From Chrysomallon squamiferum (lineage: Eukaryota; Animalia; Mollusca), in contig CM022665.1 in the NCBI GenBank assembly GCA_012295275.1, positions 19,406,001 to 19,470,000 on the forward strand: a DNA stretch of 64,000 bases, read 5' to 3'. A program made the translations under genes and the position numbers. The notes under the pieces were generated by a model. That model was given only the letters and a program-made list of their open reading frames with translations. It was not told the origin of the DNA and searched no databases. Below, piece after piece: positions 13,978-27,516 of the stretch. Numbering within the stretch: the stretch's first letter is position 1; the number at the start of each line of letters is the position of its first letter.

Positions 13978-16574
13978 ACCGTTCTCATTAATAAAATGCA
14001 AAGAAATCGTTTGATTTACGATTTAAATAAAAGAAAGACTTGCAGGAGTCTATGCGAAATACTAAGATATTAATTTCAGAGTATATCATGTTCTATACTC
14101 CGGCACATTCAGTCCTATTATACTATTATTAAAGGTATGTGAATATAGACATTTTCTTTAATATCACAGAACGTAATTTTCGCTTTGTTTTTACTCTTCG
14201 CACGGCTTATCAAAAGAAGTTTTACTAAAGACAGAAGACATTTTTCAAGTCATTCCGATAAATATTTCATGTGATTTTGTTTTTCATAACAGTCGTTATA
14301 AAGCAAAAACATAGATTTTTCAATTACTAGAAAATTAAAGCCAATTTATGTACTTAATCAGTTTAAAATATCATATTTATTGTTTTTCCATTATCGTTTT
14401 AAAATTAGGAAAAATATTTGTGTCAGAATGAAATCTCGCTTAGTAATAGTAAGCTACGTCATTAAAACTGGTTATTAATAGCTGGAATCACATTTTACAC
14501 TGAAAAGCAGCGGACTTAATGCGGCGTTGAAACGCAGATAACTTACCAAATAGAAAAACAATAATTTATGTTTTGTTTAGAGTGGTACATACTCCTGAAT
14601 ACGATTTTTTTTTTTTTTTTTTTTTTTGTATACATAATGCGTACGTACGTATCTATATAGATAAAGACAGATAGATGCACATACATATATACATAAACAT
14701 ACTGATAAGCTATGAAAAGAAATAACATTAAATACAGTGTCCAGGTGTCTTTAAACAAGTAGTCAGTTAATGGTAGTTGGATGGTCGTACGGACAAGTGG
14801 ATTAAAGTTAATTTTTTTTTTTTAATTTATTCATTTTTATTTTTTATTTTTTATTTTTTTTTGTTCGAAGGGACAAATATAGATACATAAGCCTCCTCTT
14901 AGTATAAAATAAGAAAAGATTAATGTATTCATTAAAATCAGTGTTACGATTTAGACAAGATCCCAAGTAGTCTCAGCTTATAAAAATCGAACTCTGAACT
15001 GATCATTTCAGAAACTATTTACGCCAAAAATGTCTAATGAATTAATTAAAGTCAGCTTTACATGAACGTATTTATAATTATCAGGTTAAATCCATTTGTG
15101 ATTGCAAACAGTAATCGTACTGCTTTTTCGCTTTTCACTTTTTAATTGTTTTGTTTTTGTTTTGTTTTGTTAAATAAATATTACTGTGGTTGTCATTATT
15201 TTATACGCAGATTTCATAATTTTACTGCACTATTAAAGCCATAGTTGACGAAGTCTTTGGCTGCAGGAATCCAGACTGCAGAATATGAATTATTCAGGAA
15301 GATTGTCTAGCTCAACCCGTGACGTGATTTATCACGTGTTACCAACTAAAGAATGACGACCATTAATGAATTAATCTGTCAGAGGTTTTCTTTTAACAAT
15401 GAATGAATATCTACGACAACAATAACGAAGTTTAAATATGATTAAACATTTTTAAATCTGATTTTTAATTAAGAGTGGAAAAATGACAATGGAATAAAGA
15501 AAAATCATTCATAACTTAAAAAACAAATTCTATAATAATAATATTAATAATAATCAAATTAAAACTATTCATTCATGAAAGGTTTTTGAGAATGAATGTT
15601 GTGCAAGACTGAAAACTTTCCATTCATTAAAAATAATCAATTATTCATAAGTAACACAGTTTTATCATTTATAAAATATTGTTACATGAAAAACAAATAA
15701 ATATGCTTTGTCATTGCATAACGACTGATATAATATTTCGGTGTGTCTTCTGGATACGTGCTTCAGTGAACACAGGTTAGATTTAAAATTTAATTATTAT
15801 GATTATTATTATTATTATAGTTGTCGGTAGTATCATTATTAAATAATTATCTGATTCACATCAGCATGGTTTTTAGACCTACATCAAATAACCACATCAC
15901 GAATATACACAAAAGTAAGCCCAGTATCACCGCCCGCGCCTTATTATACACACCTACACATGACATACGTACGTAAACACATTGTATCTAAAATAAAAAC
16001 ACCTTTGATGCTTACTGAATTGTTAAACACCATATACATTTTTGAAATCAGCTGTCAGCCATATCCACGTGCGAAACGAGGATCTGTGTTAACAAATATT
16101 TATCTTCGTAATAAAATACAGGTTGACGGATCTGTAGATAGATATATTCTATAAGAACACAAATTATAATACCTTTTTTATTTGTTTAAATGATCAAAAC
16201 CGTAAACAGGAAATGAACTTTTTTTCTTACTATTATCCAAGCATATGTTTGTGCGTGCGTCAGATTATATAACTAAGAGGTTTTAATTTCAACTGTTCAG
16301 TTGTTTGGTTCTTCTTTATTTCGACTAGATCTAGATGTCAAATAAACACTGTGAATTTATTACTCAGTCAATTCAAGATGGTCTGTCTTGACTATAATCA
16401 TAGTTTTCCTCGAAAATCACGCTTTCACGCTAATTTAATACATTGCTGTCTTAGATATCGCAAAAGAACTACTTGTTTTGAACCAAAAAACAAAATCTGT
16501 AGGGATTCAATATTATTAAATTAAGTGGGGATTATGTCACAGGGGACTGTAAAAGCGTATTACTTAATAAGTTA

Positions 16575-16810
16575 CATGGGTAACCTGCTGCGGACTGTCT
16601 GCAATGGCGTCCATTCAGACATCCTCAACTTGGTCCAGCAGGATGAACGGTTGCAAGCCAGTAGAACGCCACATCTTCTTTGTTCTGGAGAGTCAGACCT
16701 CGACAGAGGTTGAAGTTGTTTCTTTCTGCTTCAGTCTTCAACAGCTAAAAGGCTGACGCATACGTACTTTGAGTCTTGTTTGGAAGGAGCATGTGGACAA
16801 AAGGTTCACG
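16575..16810 (-). mobile_element. Internally deleted MULE transposase remnant
   Basis: Minus frames read VHMLLPNKTQSTYASAF*LLK and LQPFILLDQVEDV*MDAIADSP, matching the MULE transposase LLPxKTxxxY and LPFxPxxxVxxxW motifs. Confidence 0.65.
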
Positions 16811-17169
16811 ATGTTTGAAATTAGACCAAATGGGCGGGAACTCAAATCTCAGCCGCAAATTCGAGACAATGTGATGCACTTCTCTTTATTAAATACACAG
16901 AGACACGAAGACGTTTTGCTTTACCTGTGATTAGGGGTGAAGTTTTGCCGTCTCAAAACTGACATTACTTCAGAGATATTTATCATCATAGCATTGAGTC
17001 ATCTTTAAAATGGTGCTTTGGTGTTGGAGTATTATATCATTTAAGTTTTTCACGAATCGACAGTCCAGTAAAGTATCAAAAACCAGCAGTAATTAATACA
17101 GGTTCAGTGAGGCATTTACTATTAATAAATCACTAGTTTTTGAGAACTTGAATCATATCTAAAAAGAAT

Positions 17170-17205
<36 letters not shown>

Positions 17206-18289
17206 AAAAAATAAATTAGAAATATTTAGATATCAGTTTTCTTCTAAATGCTACAAATAAAGGCAGGTATTTATAATTAGTAATAATTATTGTTAAAGAC
17301 ATTATTATTATTATTATCCATCCATGACGTTAAATAAGAAAATTATCTGAACTATGTAAAATATATATCCAAGGTTTATACGTATTTTAAAGTAAAAGTT
17401 GATATACCTTTTAAACGTTCTATGAATCAAAAACTATTATCGTACTATAATCATACATGCTTATGGCTACTTGAACTTGAAAATATATTTCGCTACTTAA
17501 TAAAACTGGTATCAGAATCATACAGATGGAACGAAAATCAGTATGCGTGGATTAAACAGTTTTATGCAATTTATTTATTGAAAGCGGTGATACATTCTTT
17601 GTATAATTCGTATTAATTTATATTTAAAACAAAAGGTAAAAATGACAACCATAAACGTTTTACTGGGTCTGCAGTTATATGAAAACTTTGCTCTGGTCCT
17701 ATTGGTTTGATATTCAGAAACAGTAAATAATGATGCAGTAGTGCGATTTTTTAAATAAGGTTTTCAAACTAGAAAATACAACTGATATTAAAACACAATA
17801 AAAAGTTAAAGCTATATTAATAGATTTAGAAAAAAAAATCCACACAATTACAAAAAATACTTACGTACACCTGCACAGATTTTCTACAAACACACAGGCA
17901 CATGTTCACCTGTACAAGTTTTAAAGAAACATGAATTGGATAGCATAAAAAAAGAGAGAAGAAAGAAAAGACCAAAAAAAAAAAAAAAAAAAAAAAAAAG
18001 AAATAGAAAGAAAAAATAGCACTGATATATGAATGTGTCCCATGACGTTTTAGTTTGTTATTTTATTTTTTTTAATTTTTATTATTTTTTTTTTTTCTCC
18101 TTCAGTTTATTTTCATTCGTGGCAGTTACAGATATATAAACAATAAAAGCTCGAACACGCATTTAATCAAGTTTGTACTGTACAAATACGGAATGGTTTA
18201 AGAACAGAAGTAAACAAAGTTTACATTTATGTAATTAACATCAGTTGTCTTTAATTTTTCATATCTTTTCCATGCCAAACTGTGTGTTT

Positions 18290-18510
18290 TCCCACAGTTC
18301 CACGCAGTTTTGTTCTTTCATAGACTCCTCCAACAATACAAGACATTTATTTTTTATATACAAACACTTGAATAACAACAAGAAAGAAAAATTATACTGC
18401 ATTTATGTTGACAGCAATACTGAACGACAAAAAATCAGTCGGATCGAATTTTTACGTCATTAATAAATAACGTGAAATTGTTATCTCCTTTATATTAATG
18501 GTTGCCATTA
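18290..18510 (+). mobile_element. LINE (CR1/L2-like) reverse transcriptase fragment
   Basis: KHLNNNKKEKLYCIYVD resembles the RT segment KYLxxxKKLYCxFVDFxKAFD. Frames are broken. Confidence 0.5.
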
Positions 18511-20589
18511 ATTCCCTAGTATTAGTTATAAATATAAGCCAACCTTCGGGACGAATGCTTAACTGACATCGGAAAAACCCCCAAAAAAAAAAAAAAAAAA
18601 AAAAAAAAGAACAAACAAACAAACCAAAACAAAAAATATATATATATATATGTATGTATATAAAAAAAAAGTTTTTTTTTACTGATGTCACGAAAGTCTT
18701 TTCATTCTTGATTTATCGTTCGAGTAAATGTTCTTTTGTCAGCATTGTGTCTGAATGTGACCTGTCTTCAGCTGAATGTCTGAAAGACGTTTCTGAAAAT
18801 CTAACCTGCTCTTGACAATGTCCCGCATTCTTTAAAAATGTATGTAGTGTTTGATATGTTGCCTAAATCATACATTTTCATGAAGCATTGTATCCTCTTT
18901 TTTTGCATCCAGTTTTGATCACAGGACGGAGAAGAACATGCATTATCGCCGTTTTCTTCGAAATAATATGCATTTCGGTAATAAATTGTTAAAAAAATAT
19001 AAAAAAATTAAATAGTCTGTCATTTTCTTTTTTCCACAAATAACAGTATATTTATAAAGGACATGAACTTGATTACAATCTATGGCATATTTAATATCCC
19101 GTTTATTACCGTTATAATTTTTCTTGGCAATATGGCCGGGTCAACTGATATTAAAGAATAAATGCAAAAAGGTAGATATTCAAAATTGATTGACATCCCT
19201 TAATACACCTTGACGCCGCAGAATATAAACAAAATTAAATTTTACTGAAAAGCACGAATGCATTTGACAGATGTAATATTTGGAACTGGTTCGGCAATGA
19301 TATAGCATTACCATAAATTTTAAACCAAATTAAATTAGATGTGTTATCAAAATATTTTGCTAATAAAAAAGCAAACGGACAAATTTACAAAATTAAAAAA
19401 AAGAAATAATTTTATTTTGTAAATATATTTTATTTTCAGGAAGATGGTCTTATTAAATTTATTTTTGGGACAGTAACGAGAAAGTTTTTTTTTTTTTTTC
19501 CTTTTTCAAAATCATTTTTACATGAAATTGTTTAAAAAGGTCAGTGTGTCCTTACGACAAACGGCTCAGGAATGCCACCATTTTTTGTCTGTATTATTTT
19601 TCAGCACTTTAAAGATAAACTCAGCACGTATTTAACTTTCTGAATTAACTTGTGATTTCTGTCGCATAACATCAGTAGAAATTTGTTTGAGGTTACAACA
19701 ATCAGTTTTCCGAATTATTTAGCCTACTGACGTCCAGATTCTAACATTTATTAATAATAGTATTTATTAGTTTGATCTACATACAATCAAAGAGAGAAAT
19801 ACGCTAACATATTTTAAATAAAATATTTGCTGTATAGAAAATATAACGGGAAATAATCCAGGATTCTTCCAAAGTCAATCGATTATCCCTTCAAAAGCCA
19901 ACACAGTAAAAACTATTTCCGTTTTAATGATGAAATCGTAGATATATTAACCTTTATCTTCCATAGTGTTAATCTGAGATTTAGCGAAAACAATAGGTTA
20001 TGCAGTTCATGAAATACCTATCATTGTTTTTACCTGTATACTTTCATTATTCATATCCACATGAGTGGGAAAGTATTGCAGACAGACAGAAAGATGGTAA
20101 AATCTGAAAAATTCAGATGCTGAAGGAATGTAAAATAGATAAACAAACAGACGGATAGACAGACATAAGAGAAAAAAACAGTGGTTAGCTAATATTCATT
20201 TCATGGTATTTACAAACATTCTCTGTTTTTTTCATTTCTTTCTATTTATCTTTATTTATTTATTTATTTATTTACGTCCTGTAATAGAAAATAAATATAT
20301 AATATCACACCCACACGCGCGCGCACACCCACACGAACACACATATGCAGTTTTGTTCACGTTTATAGTTAATTTCTAAAGCCAGACAAGTCTATTAAAA
20401 AAAAAAAATAAGAAGAAAAATTAGCAGAAGGTAATATTTTAGTTATACCTTCTCATAGAAGACTTATATTTCTTACATCAACCGATACACCATAAATGTT
20501 TACAGTTTTGCTGAATAAAAAAGGACGAAATGCAAACAGATCGCTACTAGCACTCTACTACTTGTGTGTATTAAAAAAATAAATAAATA

Positions 20590-20622
<33 letters not shown>

Positions 20623-23600
20623 CCCCCCAAAAAACACATGCTTGGTTACGACATAAACGACAGTGTTAACAACAGTCGCAGACATCAACACCTTCGAGAT
20701 CATGAATATTTCGTCAACGATAACGGTGCCTACTGGGCATATACCGGTAGCGTCTTAGGCCTAACCACTGGGAACAACTGTAAACATTACTTCGTTACCG
20801 ATTTCGAAAGAATCTAGACTTGTTACCTGTATTAAATTTGATTAATATTATATATTTTGTTTTTAAAATTCACTTTTTAAAAGTTATATCCTAGAATATT
20901 GTCAGATAATCTCTTTGATTTTATATATTTTTCAATTTATAACCTGATAAGATATTCCCTGAAGTGAAAACATTTTCATTTTTATCAAATAATTTAAAAA
21001 AAAAAAAAAAAAAAATTGATTGCTTATGCATTTGCGTTCCATTATATTCTTTCCACTGAGTCATTCATATTTTATCTTACTGTTCTTTTATCGTTGGTGT
21101 TTTTTCGGCGGTGTAAGAACTGGTGTTGATACGACATCACTTCTACGCGAGAGTGTTCATTTAATCTTGGCTCAAGAATTTGTCTTCACTCTTTATCCAG
21201 AGTCTGGATTTTTTCAACATAGTCAGCGAACTTGTCCTCTGTAAGGTCAGCAAACTACAGGATGACCTACTTGATTTATCGCCATATAAACATTATTATT
21301 ATTATGTAAATATCAATTTTATGTATTATTATAGTGTTATAATGTTTATTTTTTGCATACTGCCAATGCCTATCTATTCTTCAGATAGTTCTGCAATAAA
21401 CTAGCTGAAATAATAAACTATGGCCGCGTCAATTATTTGAAAAAAAATGAATTTGTCTTTGTCTTTTAATTTCATTCTCAACAAAGAAAATCTACCATAA
21501 ATTGGATGGGATTGGCATCTCATGTATTAAACTACTCCGTAGAGTAATGAAGAATTAACCAAATGAAACAATAACAACATGAACACTACGATGATGATGA
21601 CGATGATGAAGAACAATGCAATGATATGAATGAATGAGGCTGGTGTAGCAGCAGCTCCATGGCACTCTCCTCGGGAACTTCAGTTAGAGTGTTTTGGTGT
21701 GGAGGAGTGTTTTGAGGCTCGTATACCGGGTCCGGATCTGGTACTTAGAGCAATTTTACTCTTAGGACAATTTGCCTTGCCCGATCTCAAGATTACCGCG
21801 AGTTCTACCGATCGTGACAATTCGCAGCGTAGTCTTAAGGTGCATCCGAAAATCGCGCGTAACAGTATGCTTTGATTCTTAATTTAATGTAATTATTATT
21901 ATAATGGTGAAATACAAAACGGAGTTAGCTCAGTGCAAACGTGACAGAGAGGATCAGTTATTATGAATGTGCCTTTTGGGACGTTTCCAGTTACAACTAT
22001 GTTACATAATTAGTTTATTAAAGACTACAGGAAGCCATTTCCACCTCTAAATAACAAAAATCTGTATTTTACATCTTCATTAAACAAAAAAAAAAAAACT
22101 AGTAATAATAATAATAATAAACAGATGGGAAAACAACATTTATTTGGCATCTAATTTACATTTATAATAAAATGCATTGATATACAGTTAAACAAATATT
22201 TCATTCATTCGTTCATCAGTTATGGAAATCAATAGCTACCTCAGTGTGTAAGAATGCTTTTTCACACAGAACATGCCTAAAGTATCTTGTATCGATTCAC
22301 AGAAACAAACGGATGTTGATGGCAATTACCGTTAGTCTCCAAATCGGAAAGGTGAGATCAAATATTCTTACAAATTACTTCCTAGCAATTATAATTTTTT
22401 TGCGAAAGTACTAAAATAACTTGCATGTATTATTAATAACTGAAGAAAAAGTGTAACAAACAGAACAGGACATATTTCACAAACACACAAAGTACAGAAA
22501 CATTTTTTTACTTACTGCGATATATTATTCTAATGCTTCTCTGATAACTAAGTTCCTGGATAATCTTTCGTGTCTTGTGTTTTGTGTATGCCATTTTTAT
22601 TTTTATACAACCCAACGTGGAATCTCTTCCGTTTATTCACAGAGGCTGGCCAATCAGAACCCACAACATCGCGTCACCCATTTGTTATGAATGAAATAGT
22701 ATGTGATGGATGTTCTGGAAATCCAATAAGCAATTCCTTCAACCTCCTGCAATTAAGAAAACTTCCTGTGTTTAAGGTTTATCGCAAGATATTAATGTAA
22801 GCTTTATTTACATTACTGAACACCAGTTATAATTACAAATATGATAAAGTTATAAACGATGCCTCGGTGTGCCAATGGGACAGTGCAACAGTGGCGATTG
22901 TCCCGAATCATTTGGGCACGGCTGTTGTACTGCCGATCGGGGAATATGGCGGGGAACGACACACATGTGTTTACATACGTGGCCACGCACACACGCACAC
23001 ACCCACACCCACACGCACACCCACATGTGTATCTATGTATGTATTATATATATGTATGTATGTAAACGTATATACGCATGCATAAAGTGTTTTGCTTTAA
23101 TAAAGACAAACATTAATATGGAGGCGGGATAAATAATTATGTTTACACCCACACTAATTTGTGATAAAATTACATATAATGAACTTACTATTTCATTTTG
23201 TTTCATTCATATAAAAAATTTATTGCTTAAATTATCACGCCTGAGTAAACCTCGCACGAAAAAACATCAGCTTGTGCACTTGTGCATTCTGAAGTAAAGT
23301 TACAACATTCAAAGGTGTTAAGAAATATACTCAGATTTCTGCTTAGACAAAGGAACAAAAGAAAACTGAGGTATGGTTTAGAAAAAAAAAAAGTCTTCCC
23401 GTTACCTGGAACTGAAGCCAAACTGTCATAATGAAAATTACTTGAATTTTTTTACGGTTCTTTTTTCACTTCTCTTTTTTCAGCTTTTGATTATTCATGG
23501 ACAAATTTTCTCCTAATAGTAGCCCACGTAGGCCCGGCGGATTTCCACTCTCGCTTATTATTATCAATATAAATCAGACGCCTAATTAAGCATTACGAAA

Positions 23601-23803
23601 CATACTGCAAGATCGTTAATCAATTTTTCATTCACTCGTGTGCTCTGCTTTGGAAGGGCGGCATAACGTGGTAAATAAATTGCTATTGATCATATAGAAT
23701 TTGAAAAGTATGTTTAGTGACACTTCAAGACATTTGAACAATTGTAATTGCTAAATATCAGATTTATAAAAATGTAAGCCATTCAAATATTTTATTATTA
23801 ATA

Positions 23804-23804
<1 letters not shown>

Positions 23805-23874
<70 letters not shown>
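23805..23874. repeat. (ATT)n microsatellite
   Basis: Direct observation. Confidence 0.95.
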
Positions 23875-25174
23875 GCATTTTGTATTTATGATATAAGTAA
23901 TGAAACATGGCTCGGCTATTCTGTTGGTTATTCATATTAATTAAGAAAACAGGATTTTAAAGAAATATACCTTCCCATGGAGAATAAAATATGTATCATC
24001 ACTTGTTGTTAGCACGTCACGAAACTGGCAGGAATGCGCCAAAATATTAGTAAAATTCATTCTGATCAGCATTAGTAAAATAATCAAGTGCATTATCTAA
24101 CAGTTAATATCAATAATCTTTTTGAAGAAGCGTCTGAATTTAACGAACTATACAGTTGAGATGATTTCCGGGTCTTTGATATTTTTATATAGGTTATACA
24201 GTTACTAATAATTTCACGGTAAAGAGTAAAATTCATAAATGTAATATACATCTGTAAACATCGTGCATTATCCGATACACTGATAGATTTTAAGTTTATT
24301 AATTATTAGAATTATCACCAAACCAAGAATAAAAAAAGAAATGAAAAGCAAAAACGAAACAAACCCAGAAAACAAAGAAAAGTGAAAAAAAATGGAAGCT
24401 CGTAACAGAGGGAGAGAGAGAAAACATATGCCAAGAAACCCTTTTAAGTATCACTATTACGTACAAAAATTAAGGTAATTCCAACGATAAAGCAACATTA
24501 ACGGAAAATCATCAGTAAACGCGTTTTTACATATTTCACTTATTATTGCTAAATGTTTTCAAAAATAAACTGCTTGGATCCCACGGCTATTTGTTCGGTC
24601 ACTGAGCCGCAAATTATCTTAGATGTTCATATTTAATATTAACTAACATGACACTGTTATAGATTAAATGATGTTGAAAAAATCCTGGGCGTCACGTTTG
24701 TTGCCTGAATAGAACAGCTAGGCACGATAATATGATGTTAGTTGCAAGATTTGTTTTTGAAAAGGTCACTTCATGATATTTATTATGCCTGTCAATAAAA
24801 TTTTTTAAAAAGACAACAACAAAAAAAAAAAAAAAAATAAATAACGAACAAAAACAAACAAACAAACAAAACAAAAACAAACAGAAAAGAAACAAAGAAA
24901 ACAGAAAAAGAAGTGAATTCTAAAAAAATCTGTAGAAGCTGTAACGAGACAGTTTTCACCTTAGCTTCTTTTATACAGCTTATTCTCTCTCATTCTCCAG
25001 CTTGTACAGTTATTATTATTTGTTAATAAAAGAAAAACAAATATAAATCATCTTACACGTACATTTTTAAATGTTTTGTTTATATATCCTCTGTATAATA
25101 TACTCTTGTTAAATATGTATTGTAACATAATTATTTAGTATGCTTATTCCATTCGTCACCATGTACGGGTGGAT

Positions 25175-26455
25175 ATATGCTTTGATGTGCTATGCTGTGA
25201 TATGCTGTGCTGTGCTGTGCTGTGATATGTTGTGCTGTGCTGAGCTGTGTTGTGCTGTGTGATATGTTGTGCTGTGCTGAGCTGTGTTGTGCTGTGCTGT
25301 GCTGTGATATGATGTGCTGTGTTGTGCTGTGTGATATGTTGTGCTGTGCTGAGCTGTGTTGTGCTGTGATATGATGTGCTGTGTTGTGCTGTGTGATATG
25401 TTGTGCTGTGCTGAGCTGTGTTGTGCTGTGTAATATGTTGTGCTGTGCTGTGCTGTGATATGTTGTGCTGTGCTGTGCTGTGATATGTTGTGCTGTGCTG
25501 AGCTGTGCTGTGCTGTGCTGTGTGATATGTTGTGCTGTGATATTTTGTGCTGTGCTGTGTTGTGATATGATGTGCTGTGCTGTGATATGTTGAGCTGTGC
25601 TGTGTTGTGCTATGCTGTGTGATATGTTGTGCTGTGCTGTGTTGTGATACGATGTGCTGTGCTGTGCTGTGATATGATGTGCTGTGCTGTGTGATATGTT
25701 GTGCTGTGCTGAGCTGTGTTGTGCTGTGTAATATGTTGTGCTGTGCTGTTCTGTGATATGTTGTGCTGTGCTGAGCTGTGCTGTGCTGTGTGATATGTTG
25801 TGCTGTGCTGTGCTGTGTGATATGTTGTGCTGTGATATTTTGTGCTGTGCTATGTTGTGATATGATGTGCTGTGCTGTGATATGTTGATATGTTGAGCTG
25901 TGCTGTGTTGTGTTATGCTGTGTGATGATGTGATGTGTTGTGCTGTGCTGTGTTGTGATACGATGTGCTGTGCTGTGCTGTGATATGATGTGCTGTGCTG
26001 TGCTGTGTGATATGTTGTGCTGTGCTGAGCTGTGTTGTGCTGTGTAATATGTTGTGCTGTGCTGTTCTGTGATATGATGTGCTGTGCTGTGTTGTGATAT
26101 GATGTGCTGTGCTGTGCTGTGCTGTGATATGATGTGCTGTGCTGTGTGATATGTTGTGCTGTGCAAAGCTGTGCTGTGCTGTGTAATATGTTGTGCTGTG
26201 CTGTGCTGTGATATGATGTGCTGTGCTGTGCTGTGTGATATGTTGTGCTGTGATATTTTGTGCTGTGCTGTGTTGTGATATGATGTGCTGTCTGTGATAT
26301 GTTGTGCTGTGCTGTGATATGATGTGCTGTGCTGTGCTGTGTGATATGTTGTGCTGTGATATTTTGTGCTGTGCTGTGTTGTGATATGATGTGCTGTGCT
26401 ATGCTGTGTTGTGATATGATGTGCTGTGCTGTGCTGTGCTGTGCTGTGATATGTT
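25175..26455. repeat. (GCTGT)n-based pentanucleotide satellite with GTGATAT variants, about 1.3 kb
   Basis: Continuous GCTGT/GTTGT/GATAT units visible directly; source of the 442-aa STAQH ORF. Confidence 0.95.
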
Positions 26456-27122
26456 GTTATTTTTTCCCCTAAACCATATTTCATTAAAACTTAAATAGTT
26501 CTAACGCAACACTAACAATGGGGTATATTTCCAAGTAGTTTTTTCTCCTTGAAATAACAGTAGCCAAACTAAAGTTCAAAGCCTTTTTATCTATGTAAAT
26601 GGTAATGCACTGTACATATATTCGTAATTTCATTACAGACCGATCAGTTTAAATTTAGATAAGATGATTTATTTAAAAATCACTGTCAACCATGAAGAAA
26701 GGTATTCCTATTACTTTTCACTGCATACATATTTTATTGCGGGTTCTGTCTTTAAATATAATGTATAGCTTCATAATCGTTACAGCGAATGTTTGGCATT
26801 TCAAGATAAATCCATAAAATTAAGTCGAAAATGAGAAAGAATTTTTAAACAATCTGTACATAAACAGTTGAAGTAATATGATATCTTGAATATTTTGTAG
26901 TGCACCGTCAGTCATGGCTCGGGTTTATCAGGAGTCTTGGTATGTGTTATCCTGTTTAAAGAGCGGTTACCATTTTAATATGATTATTATAACTAATAAA
27001 CAATGCCACAACAAACCAAAATCCCACAAACCCGCAACCGTGTATATGACGTCTAACTGTTGCTAATAAAATCTGTTTAGGTCAACAAAAGGAATATTCA
27101 CCTATTTACAGACGGACAGATA

Positions 27123-27162
27123 GATGGATGGATGGATGGATGGATGGATAGAAACATTCATA

Positions 27163-27237
<75 letters not shown>
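27123..27237. repeat. (GATG)n + (GA)n microsatellite
   Basis: Direct observation. Confidence 0.95.
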
Positions 27238-27240
<3 letters not shown>

Positions 27241-27264
27241 ATTGCTATAAGATGTATTTATTTG

Positions 27265-27516
27265 CTAGAACAAATCGTGCCAAAGATAACTTTAGACATC
27301 TACTGGATCCAAGCACACTACCTTGGGAACCTTAATGCAGGGCATAGTGAGTAGGTTATTGGGTCAGCAAAAGAAAAAAGTCCGCCCTCGGTGCCTTCTA
27401 CAGCGATACGAGCCGAGTGAGATTGCTATTAATTAAATAAACTACTTATTATATGTTTTTTCAACTTTAAACCATTTCTTACTGATATATCACGAACTTT
27501 TTTCTTCCTTTTTAAT
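27265..27516. repeat. 252-bp direct repeat, copy 1
   Basis: Matches 29158-29409 with one visible substitution (TACTGG vs TATTGG). Confidence 0.9.

Noticed and set aside
21080-21290. Crypton-like or host exon on the minus strand (FADLTEDKFADYVEK...)
   Set aside because: In-frame stop, weak resemblance only, and no supporting downstream domain.
25156-26484. 442-aa ORF as a real protein-coding gene
   Set aside because: It is a translation of the pentamer satellite, which shifts register and has no domain or splice context.
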